Assembly: GCA_963837955.1 (NCBI GenBank)
Contig: CAWIPH010000002.1
Coordinates: 2,048,001-2,112,000 of the forward strand
DNA from: an uncultured Verrucomicrobiae bacterium
GTDB lineage: Bacteria; Verrucomicrobiota; Verrucomicrobiia; Chthoniobacterales; JAFAMB01
DNA: 64,000 bases
Direction: 5' to 3'
The notes under the pieces were generated by a model. The model saw only the letters and a list, made by a program, of their open reading frames with translations. It did no database searches and was not told the origin of the DNA. This document shows, in pieces, positions 1 to 9,217 of the stretch. Numbering within the stretch: position 1 is the stretch's first letter; the number at the start of each line of letters is the position of its first letter. Made by a program: the position numbers and the translations under genes.

Positions 1-1
1 C

Positions 2-1426
2 TCTCGGGACTCGGTTCTGCGCTATAAAACGACACCCTCATCTTCACGACAATCCATGCGGAAAATCGCTGATGAATTGGAGGTCGCGACTCTGCTGGAA
101 AGCAACATCCAGCGTTCAGCGGATCGGTTGAAAGTCCGCTCGGTCTTGTACGACGCCGACTCTGGGAAACAGCTCTGGAGCCAGTCATATGATCGCGAAA
201 TGAACGATCTCTTTGCGATTCAAAGCGATGTCGCAGAGAACATCGCCGCCGCGCTTCACGTGAGACTTTCGCCGGACGAACAAGAGAATATACAGCGTAG
301 CCCGACCAAAAATATGAATGCCTACGATCTCTATCTCCGAGGCAAAGAGTACTACGAGTTGCGACAGAATGACGACAACGAAGCCGCAGTGGGCTTGTTT
401 AAACAAGCAATTGAGCAGGATCCAAAGTTCGCCCTGGCGTACGCGGGCCTGGCTAACTGCTATCTTGAGCGAAATGTGCGGTTTGACAAAGAAGCATTGT
501 GGCTCGATTCGGCCGTAGACGTTTGTCGGAAGGCCATTGCAATCGACCAAAAACAAGCCCGGGTCTATACTGTTCTTGCTCGGGCCATGATGTTTAAGAG
601 CCGCCCGATGGAAGCTCGGGAAGCTATCGCCAAAGCGCTCGAACTAGCTCCCAATGATAAAGAAGCAAATTTCTGGGCCGCCGTCCAATTACCCTATTCG
701 AGTCTGGATAAATACGCACTTTTTCTGAAATGCCGCTCTCTCGACCCCAACGATCCGGTAATTCCATATAATCTTGGAGACGTGTGCCTATTCTGGGATG
801 CCGACCAGTTGCGAGGTAAGTGGCTACAGCGAGCGATCCATCTCGAGAGCAACGAGGAAATTAGGGGCTTGATGGAGGCCGAGCAGCTCGTTTACCAGAA
901 AAATTATCAAGCGGCATTAGACAAACTGCAGCCACTACCGCTGACCTTCGTTGGGTACGGACCGTACGTCGAAGATCTCAAGTATGGCTGTTGGGAGCAT
1001 CTTGGCCAATGGGCTGATGTACTGCAATTAATGCGCTCGATCAAAGATATTGAGAATGAGAAAGAACGCGGGCCGTTACTCCATCTTATCCTCGCGCTCA
1101 ACGCAACGCAGCAGGAGAGTGAGGCTCAAGAGAGAGCTAAACGATTGTTGGTGTTGGCGAATGAAGACTTCGCGGCCAACCCAGAAGATCGATATGCAGG
1201 ATATTTTCTAGCGTTCTGTTACCGGTTCCTCGGAGAAAAAGAGCGAGCTTACAGCTATTTGCGACCGGTATTTCCCGAAATATTCGGTCGGCTGCCGCTT
1301 GGGCGTAACGACTATTCGTTGAGGATATTCTCGAAGGACTCGGAAATGCAGGAGCTCATGGCCGACTTCGAAAAGGCAAGTCAGGCGAAGCGACTAGAGA
1401 TTCCTCGAATGGATAATAATCTGTAG
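2..1426 (+). CDS. TolB-like/TPR-repeat protein (C-terminal part of an adenylate/guanylate cyclase- or kinase-fused TPR protein), 5' truncated by window edge
   Basis: Frame is open from base 2 (SRDSVLRYK...). Motifs LWSQSYDRE..DLFAIQSDVAENIAAAL, AYDLYLRG and AIEQDPKFALAYAGLA are typical of TolB_N + TPR modules. Confidence 0.8.
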   Translation, partial: SRDSVLRYKTTPSSSRQSMRKIADELEVATLLESNIQRSADRLKVRSVLYDADSGKQLWSQSYDREMNDLFAIQSDVAENIAAALHVRLSPDEQENIQRSPTKNMNAYDLYLRGKEYYELRQNDDNEAAVGLFKQAIEQDPKFALAYAGLANCYLERNVRFDKEALWLDSAVDVCRKAIAIDQKQARVYTVLARAMMFKSRPMEAREAIAKALELAPNDKEANFWAAVQLPYSSLDKYALFLKCRSLDPNDPVIPYNLGDVCLFWDADQLRGKWLQRAIHLESNEEIRGLMEAEQLVYQKNYQAALDKLQPLPLTFVGYGPYVEDLKYGCWEHLGQWADVLQLMRSIKDIENEKERGPLLHLILALNATQQESEAQERAKRLLVLANEDFAANPEDRYAGYFLAFCYRFLGEKERAYSYLRPVFPEIFGRLPLGRNDYSLRIFSKDSEMQELMADFEKASQAKRLEIPRMDNNL

Positions 1427-1464
1427 AACTGAAACCTGAAAAAACCAATTAAGACCCGTTTGGC

Positions 1465-2226
1465 ATGTATTTGTTCCTTGGCGAAGCGGACGACGCGTTG
1501 GGTCGAGATGTCCGGCAAACTTTAGAGGAGCGCGGAGCACAGGTTCGCGTGCTACCGGATCCGTTTTCCCAACGTTTCTCCTGGCATCTGGATTCGATCC
1601 AGACCAGTTCCGTAGTAACCTTTGAAGATGGTACCGACCTCATCGACAGCGATATATCGGGGCTTCTGCTCCGTCGAAGCAAAACTCCGCAGACGAACTG
1701 CGCGAGTGCCGATGATGACAGCTATATAGAAAGCGAAATCGAAGCAGCTATCTTGGGCTGGATTTGGAGTCTACCGTGTCCAGTAATCAATCGGCTTCCC
1801 GCCTGGCTTTGGTATTGCCCAAACCTTCCCCTTCAATTCTGGGGCCGACTGCTTCAGGCGAATGGCTTGCAGGGAATCGATTGGGGCAAACCAGAAAGGA
1901 ATACTGAAGCAACCAACGCAAAAGGGAGCGAGGCGTTCGGCACCGGAGATCTATTAATTGCTTACGGTTGGGCATGCGTCGTTGGCCATAGGGTGATTTG
2001 GGACCGCGCTCGGCCAAACTTCGATCGATGTGAAACCGCACTGATCGAACTCACACGCTGCGCTGGATTGTCTTTCCTGGAGATTGCCGTCGCGAGAACA
2101 AGCGATGGATTCGGAGTAAATGAGGTGAATCCTTTTCCAGACCTAACCCGATTTTGCCCATCGAGTCGCTGTGCGGTCACGGAAACGTTAGCAACTCTTT
2201 TCACCGGCTCAAACCACCCACAATGA
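1465..2226 (+). CDS. Degenerate ATP-grasp-like protein (pre-ATP-grasp region plus shortened C-terminus)
   Basis: DISGLLLR, Y..SE..AA..GW...LPCPVINR and C-terminal EVNPFP resemble RimK/MvdD-type ligases. The central PETLVTN / K..SG segment is missing. Confidence 0.6.
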   Translation: MYLFLGEADDALGRDVRQTLEERGAQVRVLPDPFSQRFSWHLDSIQTSSVVTFEDGTDLIDSDISGLLLRRSKTPQTNCASADDDSYIESEIEAAILGWIWSLPCPVINRLPAWLWYCPNLPLQFWGRLLQANGLQGIDWGKPERNTEATNAKGSEAFGTGDLLIAYGWACVVGHRVIWDRARPNFDRCETALIELTRCAGLSFLEIAVARTSDGFGVNEVNPFPDLTRFCPSSRCAVTETLATLFTGSNHPQ

Positions 2227-3122
2227 TACTGGTCTGCGGTAGTCCCTTCGATCCTGATATTCGGTTTCTGCGGGCCCGTTGGGACTTAAGCCGTGTCGAC
2301 TATCGTCTGCTGAATCTATGGTGCCGTGACGGAAAGCCAGTCGTGCAAGCGGGCTACGAAAAGGGGTTGATGCAAGGCTTCATCGGCTGTGAAAATTGGC
2401 GATTGGAAGTAAGCGAGCTGACAGGGGTGTTCCTAAACAACAATAGTTGCCGGCTCGAAAATAGTTCAAACGGCACTTTTGGGGAATGTGACTCGGAAAT
2501 AGGTGCGCTTCTGAACAACCTGCCTTGTAAGGTAGCTAACCGCCCAGCCGCCGCAATGTCCGACCGAAGTAAACCTTTCCAAGCTCTGCAGATTCGCGAG
2601 TGCGGTTTCCAGATTCCTGAAACTTTAGTTACAAACGATCCAGCGGCAGCCAAACGATTCTATGAGGAACACGAGGGAAACGTCATTTTTAAGTCGATCA
2701 GCGGAACGAAGTCGATTGTACGAAAACTCAGCCCTCAATATCTTGAGCGTTTACCTCTCTTGCGGAACGGACCCACGCAATTTCAAACTCTCATTGTAGG
2801 GAATGACATTCGAGTCCATGTCGTGGGAGACCAATGTTTTGCCACTCGGATCGGATGTGCCAGTGTCGATTATCGATATGCGTGGCAGGAAGGAATTCCG
2901 CTCAAGATGGAACCAGCGGTGCTAAGCCCGGAAGTCATATCGCGGTGTCTCCTGCTCTGTCAGAAACACGGGCTGACGCTCGCCGGGATTGATCTAAAGG
3001 AGAGTTCGCTGGGAGAATATTACTGTTTCGAAGTGAATGCGGCGCCGATGTTTTCATTTTACGAGAGAACGACTCGTCAGCCGATTAGTGCGGCGCTCGG
3101 TGAATTTCTAGGCCAGCCATAA
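2223..3122 (+). CDS. RimK/MvdD-like ATP-grasp peptide ligase
   Basis: Motifs VANRP..SKPFQ, IPETLVTNDP, VIFKSISG, QFQ, DIRVHVVG, VDYR, GIDL, YCFEVN..P. Its ATG overlaps the upstream stop (ATGA). Confidence 0.8.
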   Translation: MILVCGSPFDPDIRFLRARWDLSRVDYRLLNLWCRDGKPVVQAGYEKGLMQGFIGCENWRLEVSELTGVFLNNNSCRLENSSNGTFGECDSEIGALLNNLPCKVANRPAAAMSDRSKPFQALQIRECGFQIPETLVTNDPAAAKRFYEEHEGNVIFKSISGTKSIVRKLSPQYLERLPLLRNGPTQFQTLIVGNDIRVHVVGDQCFATRIGCASVDYRYAWQEGIPLKMEPAVLSPEVISRCLLLCQKHGLTLAGIDLKESSLGEYYCFEVNAAPMFSFYERTTRQPISAALGEFLGQP

Positions 3123-3180
3123 CTCCTAGGAAAAGCGTAGGACCGTCCGTTAGGATTTAGCGTGATCTTTAGAAGGAAAT

Positions 3181-3573
3181 TTGTCAGAAGTGACTGTTTC
3201 TCAATCGAGCGCCGTTATGGACGAGCAAGCGCGTGGCAGTAAACCGAAACGATCTAGGGAGGCGTATATACTCGGGAAGGATCGGCCTTTTTCTTACAAT
3301 CCGGAAAAACGGGTGGCTCGTTACACAATCAGGCAGTTAGCCAGCTTATTCGATATTCTTGAATTCGAGATTGATGATTCAGACACGGGCAAGTGTTTTG
3401 GCCGGTTTTCCATCAGCATAAATCCAGGTGACCAGATACCCAGCGGAGACCTGGAAGACTTTACTGTCCAAGGCCTACTGAACGCGATTGAACAATTAAA
3501 GGTCGTCGTTTCGGACGACAAGTCCAGCAAGTCGTTTTTTGTTGAGGCAAGGATTAAAAAGGTGGGGAATTAG
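3181..3573 (+). CDS. Hypothetical protein with two internal repeats
   Basis: ORF co-directional with the ATP-grasp pair, AGAAGGA upstream. Repeats YTIRQLASLFDILEFEIDD / FTVQGLLNAIEQLKVVVSDD. Confidence 0.6.
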   Translation: MSEVTVSQSSAVMDEQARGSKPKRSREAYILGKDRPFSYNPEKRVARYTIRQLASLFDILEFEIDDSDTGKCFGRFSISINPGDQIPSGDLEDFTVQGLLNAIEQLKVVVSDDKSSKSFFVEARIKKVGN

Positions 3574-3648
3574 TCCGGGAGTAGCGTCGTTTAGTAGAAG
3601 ATAGGTGGAGTCGGCGACCCCGCTTCCTAAAGGAAACCTGAGTTTCCT

Positions 3649-4308
3649 GCATTTTTCTGAAACCAGGCCCTCTTCATTCCTTTGTAAGCTGACGGAAGAT
3701 CATTGATTTGGCTGTTGGGACCGATGATCCGCCACCAGCTATGAGTGCCTCCAGTTCAGCCATCGCTTCTCCTCTTTCGTTCCCCGTACCGGCGACAGCC
3801 GCCGTTCAGCCGTATGAAGCGACGAAGCAAATCGCAAACGCGAAACACTGTCGAGTTCAGGCGGTGATCTGCGCGCTCTTGGCCACCTGTTGCACCGTGA
3901 CTGGATTCTCCGCCTTCCAAGCACCCTTCAAGCTCCTGGTACAGGACGATCTGACGAACGCGATGAAGTCCCGCACCGAAATTGCTGCGCTGCCTGCCGG
4001 TCCAGGAACGCAAACGACGGCAGGCTTCCGTGCTTCTCTTCCCCGACCAAATGCCGGCTGCAATAAAGTATTAGCCAGTAATTCCGCTAATGGTTCTCCG
4101 CATAAGCGGAGGCCGCGCGATCTTCCTTTTCAACAGAAAGAGTCGCGGGGGTATATCGCGTCGGGACAATTGTCTCAACGCAAATAGTGCAGAATTCTCC
4201 TTGTTGCGCAATTTCCCGGAAACCCGGCCCCCGCCTTTCCTTTGTAAGCTGACGGAGGCCATTGATCCGGTTGTTCGGACCGAGGCCGGCCACCAACCAA
4301 TCAATGCC
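3649..4308. repeat. Imperfect ~100-bp direct repeat (copies ~3649-3748 and ~4208-4308)
   Basis: Identical core TTCCTTTGTAAGCTGACGGA; CATTGAT, GGACCGA and GCCACCA are also conserved in both copies. Confidence 0.8.
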
Positions 4309-4489
4309 ATGAATATCTTATCCGCCTTTTGGCTACCTAAGCCGGCTACAGACGTCGGAGAGAAGCCGAAAACGAAACCGGTCCAAACCGAGGTTGAAAC
4401 CCGGCTTTGGAAAATCTGCCCACGCAAAAAAATGTGGCTCCAGGCGCTCATCGATGCGCTTTCGCGGGGTCAAATGCCGTGACTTAGTA

Positions 4490-4530
4490 AACGCCGGGAA
4501 CGCCGGGAACGCCGGGAACGCCAAACGCCG
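4490..4530. repeat. 9-bp tandem repeat (AACGCCGGG)x3 plus partial copies
   Basis: Directly visible just downstream of the S8 gene stop. Confidence 0.9.
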
Positions 4531-4537
4531 ACAACCC

Positions 4538-5329
4538 CTATCTCGCCGGTTTTTCTGCGACCTGATCACTCCAGGGTTTGGCTAGTTGGTGTAGCAAAGA
4601 TTTAGCCTGTAACGGAGCAAGGTCCGGATACACCGACAGAATCCTAGCTAAGAGTGCTGCCCCGTGAGGCGCAGCAAAGCTGCTTCCGCAGAGGCGCCGT
4701 CGTCTCTTTCCTTTCCAGGCTGCTTCAAAGTCCGTACCCCGTGCGATGAACTCGACCAAGTGTCCCGGCTTGTAGTAGAGATCCTCTCGGTTCTCTACCT
4801 TGCCGTAATTGACGGTAATAACAGACGGGAAGTAGCCGGGCCACTCCGGCTTGGTAAAGTCTTCGTTGTTACACGCGGCGACAACATGAATACCCTTCAG
4901 GTAGGCGCGGTCGACCCAGGATTTGTACTGATGGATATGGTCAGCAACTCCACAACCGAAGCTGCAATTCAGGATCTGGTAGCCCCGCTCGATTGCCAGG
5001 TTCACGCCCTCGCAAATGATTTGGGTACGCGAGACGTTGCTGGCGTTCAAAACCCGAAAACTTCCCAACTCGATTTCCGGAGCTAAACTGTAGATAATTC
5101 CGGCGATTGCTGTGCCGTGGCCAAAGAGATCCGTTCCGTCGCCTGGACGCACATGAAGTTGGAGATCATCGCCAATGACGTGAACATCCTCGACGATCTT
5201 TAATCCGGTCAGATCGGGATGGTCCGCTTCAACGCCGGAATCAATGACCGCAACGCGAACGCCGGTGCCCTTACCGATGATCATCGCATCGCGCGCCTGT
5301 TCCACGGAGATCCAAGACTGTGTTCTCAT
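4538..5329 (-). CDS. S8 (subtilisin-like) serine peptidase, no signal or pro-peptide
   Basis: Catalytic motifs VAVIDSGV (Asp), GHGTAIAG (His), GSSFAAPH (Ser); oxyanion region VAACNN. Confidence 0.9.
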   Translation of the reverse strand: MRTQSWISVEQARDAMIIGKGTGVRVAVIDSGVEADHPDLTGLKIVEDVHVIGDDLQLHVRPGDGTDLFGHGTAIAGIIYSLAPEIELGSFRVLNASNVSRTQIICEGVNLAIERGYQILNCSFGCGVADHIHQYKSWVDRAYLKGIHVVAACNNEDFTKPEWPGYFPSVITVNYGKVENREDLYYKPGHLVEFIARGTDFEAAWKGKRRRRLCGSSFAAPHGAALLARILSVYPDLAPLQAKSLLHQLAKPWSDQVAEKPAR

Positions 5330-5949
5330 CAGTGCCCGTCCCAGCCGACCGTGACCCGGAGAAGATGGTAGTCAATTAGATCGCTGATTACCAAAGAAGC
5401 CCGTTTTATCACATTGAGCTGCTCCATATCGAAACCTGGAGGAACTTCTCCGGCCGGAACGGCTTGACCGCCTTCCCGACGGACATTGAAGAGCTGGACG
5501 CAAGAGATAACGCCGCGGCACGCATTCAAGAAATAAAAAGGCACGACAATCATCGCATAAGTAGTAAGACGCAGCTTGTCATCCAGCAGCGGGCTATGCA
5601 GCTCATGTCTGTACACTTCGTTTTCCGCGAATCCATGCTCGCTGGCTAATGAGGTGCTGACGATTCCGGAGCCAAGCGGTTGCTTAAAACCGACAATATC
5701 TGCGGCGTGTGCTCCGGTATTGTATGCGACGACGAGGTTCTCTTTTTGTGGATCTAGTAGCCAAACACTACCCTCGTCCGCGGCAACCCGATCAAATGCA
5801 TCGCGCAGCACATTCTCGATTCGGAGATCGAAAATTCCGCCGAGATTCTCTGGCGTGAGTACCTCAGCCATCTTGTTTAGTCGTTCCCTCAAGGCGGAAT
5901 GCAAAGTGAGGAATCGTTCGTCTGGCAGAAAATTCACTCGGCCGCTCAT
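5329..5949 (-). CDS. GAF domain protein
   Basis: GSVWLLD...LVVAYNTG, PLGSGIV, MIVVPF...RGVISCVQL and GF...L pattern. Stop overlaps the S8 start. Confidence 0.75.
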   Translation of the reverse strand: MSGRVNFLPDERFLTLHSALRERLNKMAEVLTPENLGGIFDLRIENVLRDAFDRVAADEGSVWLLDPQKENLVVAYNTGAHAADIVGFKQPLGSGIVSTSLASEHGFAENEVYRHELHSPLLDDKLRLTTYAMIVVPFYFLNACRGVISCVQLFNVRREGGQAVPAGEVPPGFDMEQLNVIKRASLVISDLIDYHLLRVTVGWDGH

Positions 5950-6289
5950 AAGTAAACTTTCATACTAAGGATAGATCGACGCCCAGACGCCGAGAGCGAT
6001 TGCCTGGTTTGTTTGTCAGCGCACGAGGCTCCAACTTTGCAGTGTGTTCGGAAATTGTGCATAAGGTATTCTTCAGGCCCAGTCGGACAGGCACCAATTC
6101 ACTTGTTTTGGCGGCGGAAGGCTTGGCGAAAGAGGAAGGTGTGTTTCAGGATAATCTAGCAATGTGTCGGACTTCGCTTGATCAAAATTGATGAAGGGGT
6201 TTTGAGCGGCGACACGTCCGACGAAGCCTATGGTGATAATTCGAATTACCGGTGAAGGGATTCGCGAAGGCGGAAGCCGCGTTTCAAGA

Positions 6290-6590
6290 TAGCCTAGGGC
6301 GAAGCCCTAGGAAAACGAGTTCCTCAAGCGTTTAGCGCTGTAAGCGCGTCATAATCGAGGCTCAAATCCCACACGTATCGCTCATCTACGCCGCCCGATA
6401 AGCGTTTGAGAAGTAATCGAAATTTCCTCAAACCTCATGGTCCGGTGATGCTCTTTTTGTTGCTCTACGTAAGTCTAGATTGTGGCACATTATAGTAAGA
6501 GCATGGATGTAGGCGTATAACGCACTTTCAGTGCTGACCGCGTGGGGGAAAAACTTCCTAGGGCGTTGCCCGCGCGAAGCCCTAGGAGAC
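6290..6590 (-). mobile_element. Internally deleted IS200/IS605-type (REP-associated) tyrosine transposase remnant between REP-like palindromes
   Basis: Minus strand ~6488-6363 reads VPQS... joined, with frameshifts, to TYVEQQKEHHRTMRFEE-FRLLLKR..GVDERYVWD. Flanked by CCTAGGGCGAAGCCCTAGG-type palindromes at ~6294 and ~6557-6587. Confidence 0.7.
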
Positions 6591-6700
6591 CGTTGGAAAA
6601 CGATGGCGCTGCAAAGCAGTAACAACCGTCTTCTAGGGAAAGCTTTGCCATAGACTTTAAGTAACTGGGCAGTTAGTTTGGGGGCCTAGTCGGTTTGCGT

Positions 6701-7393
6701 ATGGGAATTGACAACGATCTTTCGGTGGCCCGCCAAGCGATTGCCGGGGACCAAGAGGCGATAATGAGGGTACGATCTGAGCTTTCCTCCGTTTTAGGGG
6801 TGCTTCTCTCAAAATGCCGCGACAAATATTCAGAAGAGAAGGCGCGAGAAATCGTCGAAAGCCTGCCGGCTGATCTCATCGCCGGTGTTCCGCGAGACGG
6901 CAAAAACGTTCGGCTATTGGAAATGTATCAAGGACGGGCACCGTTACGATCGTGGCTGGCAGTAGTGGCTCTCTCCCGGTTAAAGAGTTGGTGGCGGAGT
7001 CCGCAGTATAGGAATTTGGCGCGCATGCGGGAGGAGGACGATGAGCGTGATTTTACAGACAAAATTGCGGCCGCCGTTACCAGATCACCGGGCGACTCCG
7101 AAATCATTGCCATCCTCAGCGACGCACTCTCAGAGGCATTGAGAAGCTTGCCTTCACGGGCGGCGGTGTGCTTGCGCTTGGTCCACCTCCATGACGTGGA
7201 ACAACAGCGACTTGCTCAGATGCTGAATTGCCACGCCGCAACCATAAGCCGAGAACTGGCCCAAACCCAGGAAGGCATCAAGAAGCGAGTAATGTGGGAT
7301 CTGAAGATTTTGGACCCTTATCTCGATATCAGTTGGGATGATTGCGTCTCCCTCTTGGAAGAGCGGCCGGGATTGATATCCGAAGCACTTTGA
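6701..7393 (+). CDS. ECF-type RNA polymerase sigma-70 factor
   Basis: Region 2 L..YQGRAPLRSWLAVVA and region 4 HTH L...LP....L.L......Q..LA..L.CH.ATISR.L. Confidence 0.75.
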   Translation: MGIDNDLSVARQAIAGDQEAIMRVRSELSSVLGVLLSKCRDKYSEEKAREIVESLPADLIAGVPRDGKNVRLLEMYQGRAPLRSWLAVVALSRLKSWWRSPQYRNLARMREEDDERDFTDKIAAAVTRSPGDSEIIAILSDALSEALRSLPSRAAVCLRLVHLHDVEQQRLAQMLNCHAATISRELAQTQEGIKKRVMWDLKILDPYLDISWDDCVSLLEERPGLISEAL

Positions 7394-7517
7394 TTCACGG
7401 AAGAAAAGATGCAAGCCGGTCAAACTCGGTCGTCCAATTAACCAGGGAGCAATGGATCGCGGTGGCAATCTCAGAAACGATTCCATGAGTCCCACGAGAG
7501 GAGAAGCAGAATTACAA

Positions 7518-7745
7518 ATGAATGAAAAGCAGCAGTTTCAAACGATCCTTCGATTTCTGGAGAGCCGAAATGAGGAAGTAGGCGGGCGCATGGTTAGCGC
7601 CGTCGATCCGGAATTTGATGTTCGTTTGAAAAGATTGGCGGCGGGAAAACTCGATGAAAATAGCCGAGATCTTATTCTCGAGGAATTGGCAAAAGATCCA
7701 GGGGCTGTGAGCCGATTGGCTCAATATCTCTCGGGCGAGGATTGA
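7518..7745 (+). CDS. Small hypothetical protein downstream of the ECF sigma factor
   Basis: Helical 75-aa ORF with GAGGAG upstream. Confidence 0.55.
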   Translation: MNEKQQFQTILRFLESRNEEVGGRMVSAVDPEFDVRLKRLAAGKLDENSRDLILEELAKDPGAVSRLAQYLSGED

Positions 7746-7796
7746 AAGAGGCCCAGCAATTTATTGCGGGGTACACGGTGCAAAAAGGGCGATGCG

Positions 7797-7970
7797 GTCC
7801 CGACAGGGACAGCATGAAAGTAGCCCAGTACGAAGTGCTGGGTCGCGTTTTTTAAAGGCGAGTGTTCTGCGGTCCGCCCGGGTGTGGTTCTCTACCCCGA
7901 AGGGGTAGGGAGGGATCGCGTCCTCGTGCGCCGCGGATCGCGAGGACGCGATCCCTCCTGCCCCTTCGAG
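7797..7970. repeat. REP-like palindromic repeat cluster
   Basis: GTCCCGACAGGGAC-N-GAAAGTAGCCCAGTACGAAGTGCTGGG (also at 37854) and GGATCGCGAGGACGCGATCCCTCC (also at ~12649 and ~55919). Confidence 0.8.
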
Positions 7971-8012
7971 GCAAAGAAACCGGCGCGGGTTAGAAAAGCC
8001 GTGGGCCGTGTG

Positions 8013-8702
8013 CTAGGCGTTTTTCTCGCGAGCTCTCGATTTCGACGGCGCAATCACCAAGGTAATTTCCCCTCGCGGCGGATGATCTGCAAAGTGCTTG
8101 TTGAGCTCTTGCGCCGTGCCGCGGTGAAATGTCTCGAATTGCTTGGTGAGTTCCCGGGCGACGCAAAGCTGATGACCAGGAGCCAATGCCTCAAGCTCAG
8201 TAAGCGATTTTTGCAAGCGGTGCGGTGATTCAAAATAGATTGAAGTGCAATCTCGAGAGACTGCAGCCGTCAGTTCACGGCTTCGCTGACCACTTTTGAC
8301 GGGCAAGAAGCCGCCAAAATAAAATGCGTGGGTCGGTAGGCCTGACCCGACCAGCGCTGTAAGTACGGCGGAAGGCCCTGGAAGGATAGTCAGCGGGAGA
8401 TCGGCTTCCCGACAAGCTGCGATCAATCGGAATCCTGGGTCAGAGACTGACGGCATACCCGCATCGGTAAGCAAGGCAATGTTCGCGCCGGCTCGCAATC
8501 GCTCAACCAATTCCGCCGTACGACGAGCCTCGTTGTGCTCGTGGAGACTGGTGAGCGGTCTCTTTATCTCATACCGCTGAAGTAGCAAACCGGTGCGACG
8601 GGTATCTTCCGCGGCGATCAAATCGACTTGGCGAAGGATCTCTAGCGCTCGAACGGTGATGTCGGCCAAATTGCCAATCGGAGAGGCAACTATGTAGAGC
8701 AC
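8013..8702 (-). CDS. rsmI: 16S rRNA (cytidine1402-2'-O)-methyltransferase
   Basis: LYIVASPIGNLADIT, AAEDTRRT, DAGMPSVSDPG, FESPHR, VARELTK. Confidence 0.97.
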   Translation of the reverse strand: MLYIVASPIGNLADITVRALEILRQVDLIAAEDTRRTGLLLQRYEIKRPLTSLHEHNEARRTAELVERLRAGANIALLTDAGMPSVSDPGFRLIAACREADLPLTILPGPSAVLTALVGSGLPTHAFYFGGFLPVKSGQRSRELTAAVSRDCTSIYFESPHRLQKSLTELEALAPGHQLCVARELTKQFETFHRGTAQELNKHFADHPPRGEITLVIAPSKSRAREKNA

Positions 8703-8706
8703 GGAG

Positions 8707-9210
8707 TTACCAGCCTTCGCTTAAATAGCTAGCTGCCTGTACCGCAGCATCTTCTGCAGCCAGCGGAATAGCCTGGCGCTCTTGGGTCGGAAGATCATTG
8801 CCCACAAAGAAGGTCGTCTGCCCAACTACATCCCGTTGTCCGATGGTTAGCCCGGTCCGAGTATCTACAACCAGCAACCGGATTGTGACCACGAGATTGA
8901 ATTGAGACGAAGCCAGCACGTTGCCAATGACGGAGCGCGCTCTTGTCCGATTCACGGCCGTGATCGTGCCACGCACCTCGACGTCAGCTTGATCCAGGCC
9001 CGTGATTTCGTAGGTGCCATCCTGCTGCAGCTGTTTGATGAACGTATCAGTGACCAGCGTCTGGATCTGAGGCTCATAAGTTCTATTTTCAAATATGGGC
9101 ACAGACAGTTTATGCGCACCCTTCATAAAGGTGGGCGGAATAGGGCCTAAGGTGTAGCCAGCGCAACCTGAGAGCAGAGCGACCACCAACAGAATGATTG
9201 CTCGACCCAT
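8707..9210 (-). CDS. lptE: LPS assembly lipoprotein LptE
   Basis: Lipobox LLSGC followed by GYTLG; VPIFENRT.EP; located between bamD and rsmI. True start is ATG 9210. Confidence 0.8.
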   Translation of the reverse strand: MGRAIILLVVALLSGCAGYTLGPIPPTFMKGAHKLSVPIFENRTYEPQIQTLVTDTFIKQLQQDGTYEITGLDQADVEVRGTITAVNRTRARSVIGNVLASSQFNLVVTIRLLVVDTRTGLTIGQRDVVGQTTFFVGNDLPTQERQAIPLAAEDAAVQAASYLSEGW

Positions 9211-9217
9211 CTTGGGG

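Noticed and set aside
3708..4482. ORFs 3708-4187 and 4090-4482 (+) as real genes
   Set aside because: No recognisable motifs, they overlap each other and the direct repeat, and starts are weak.
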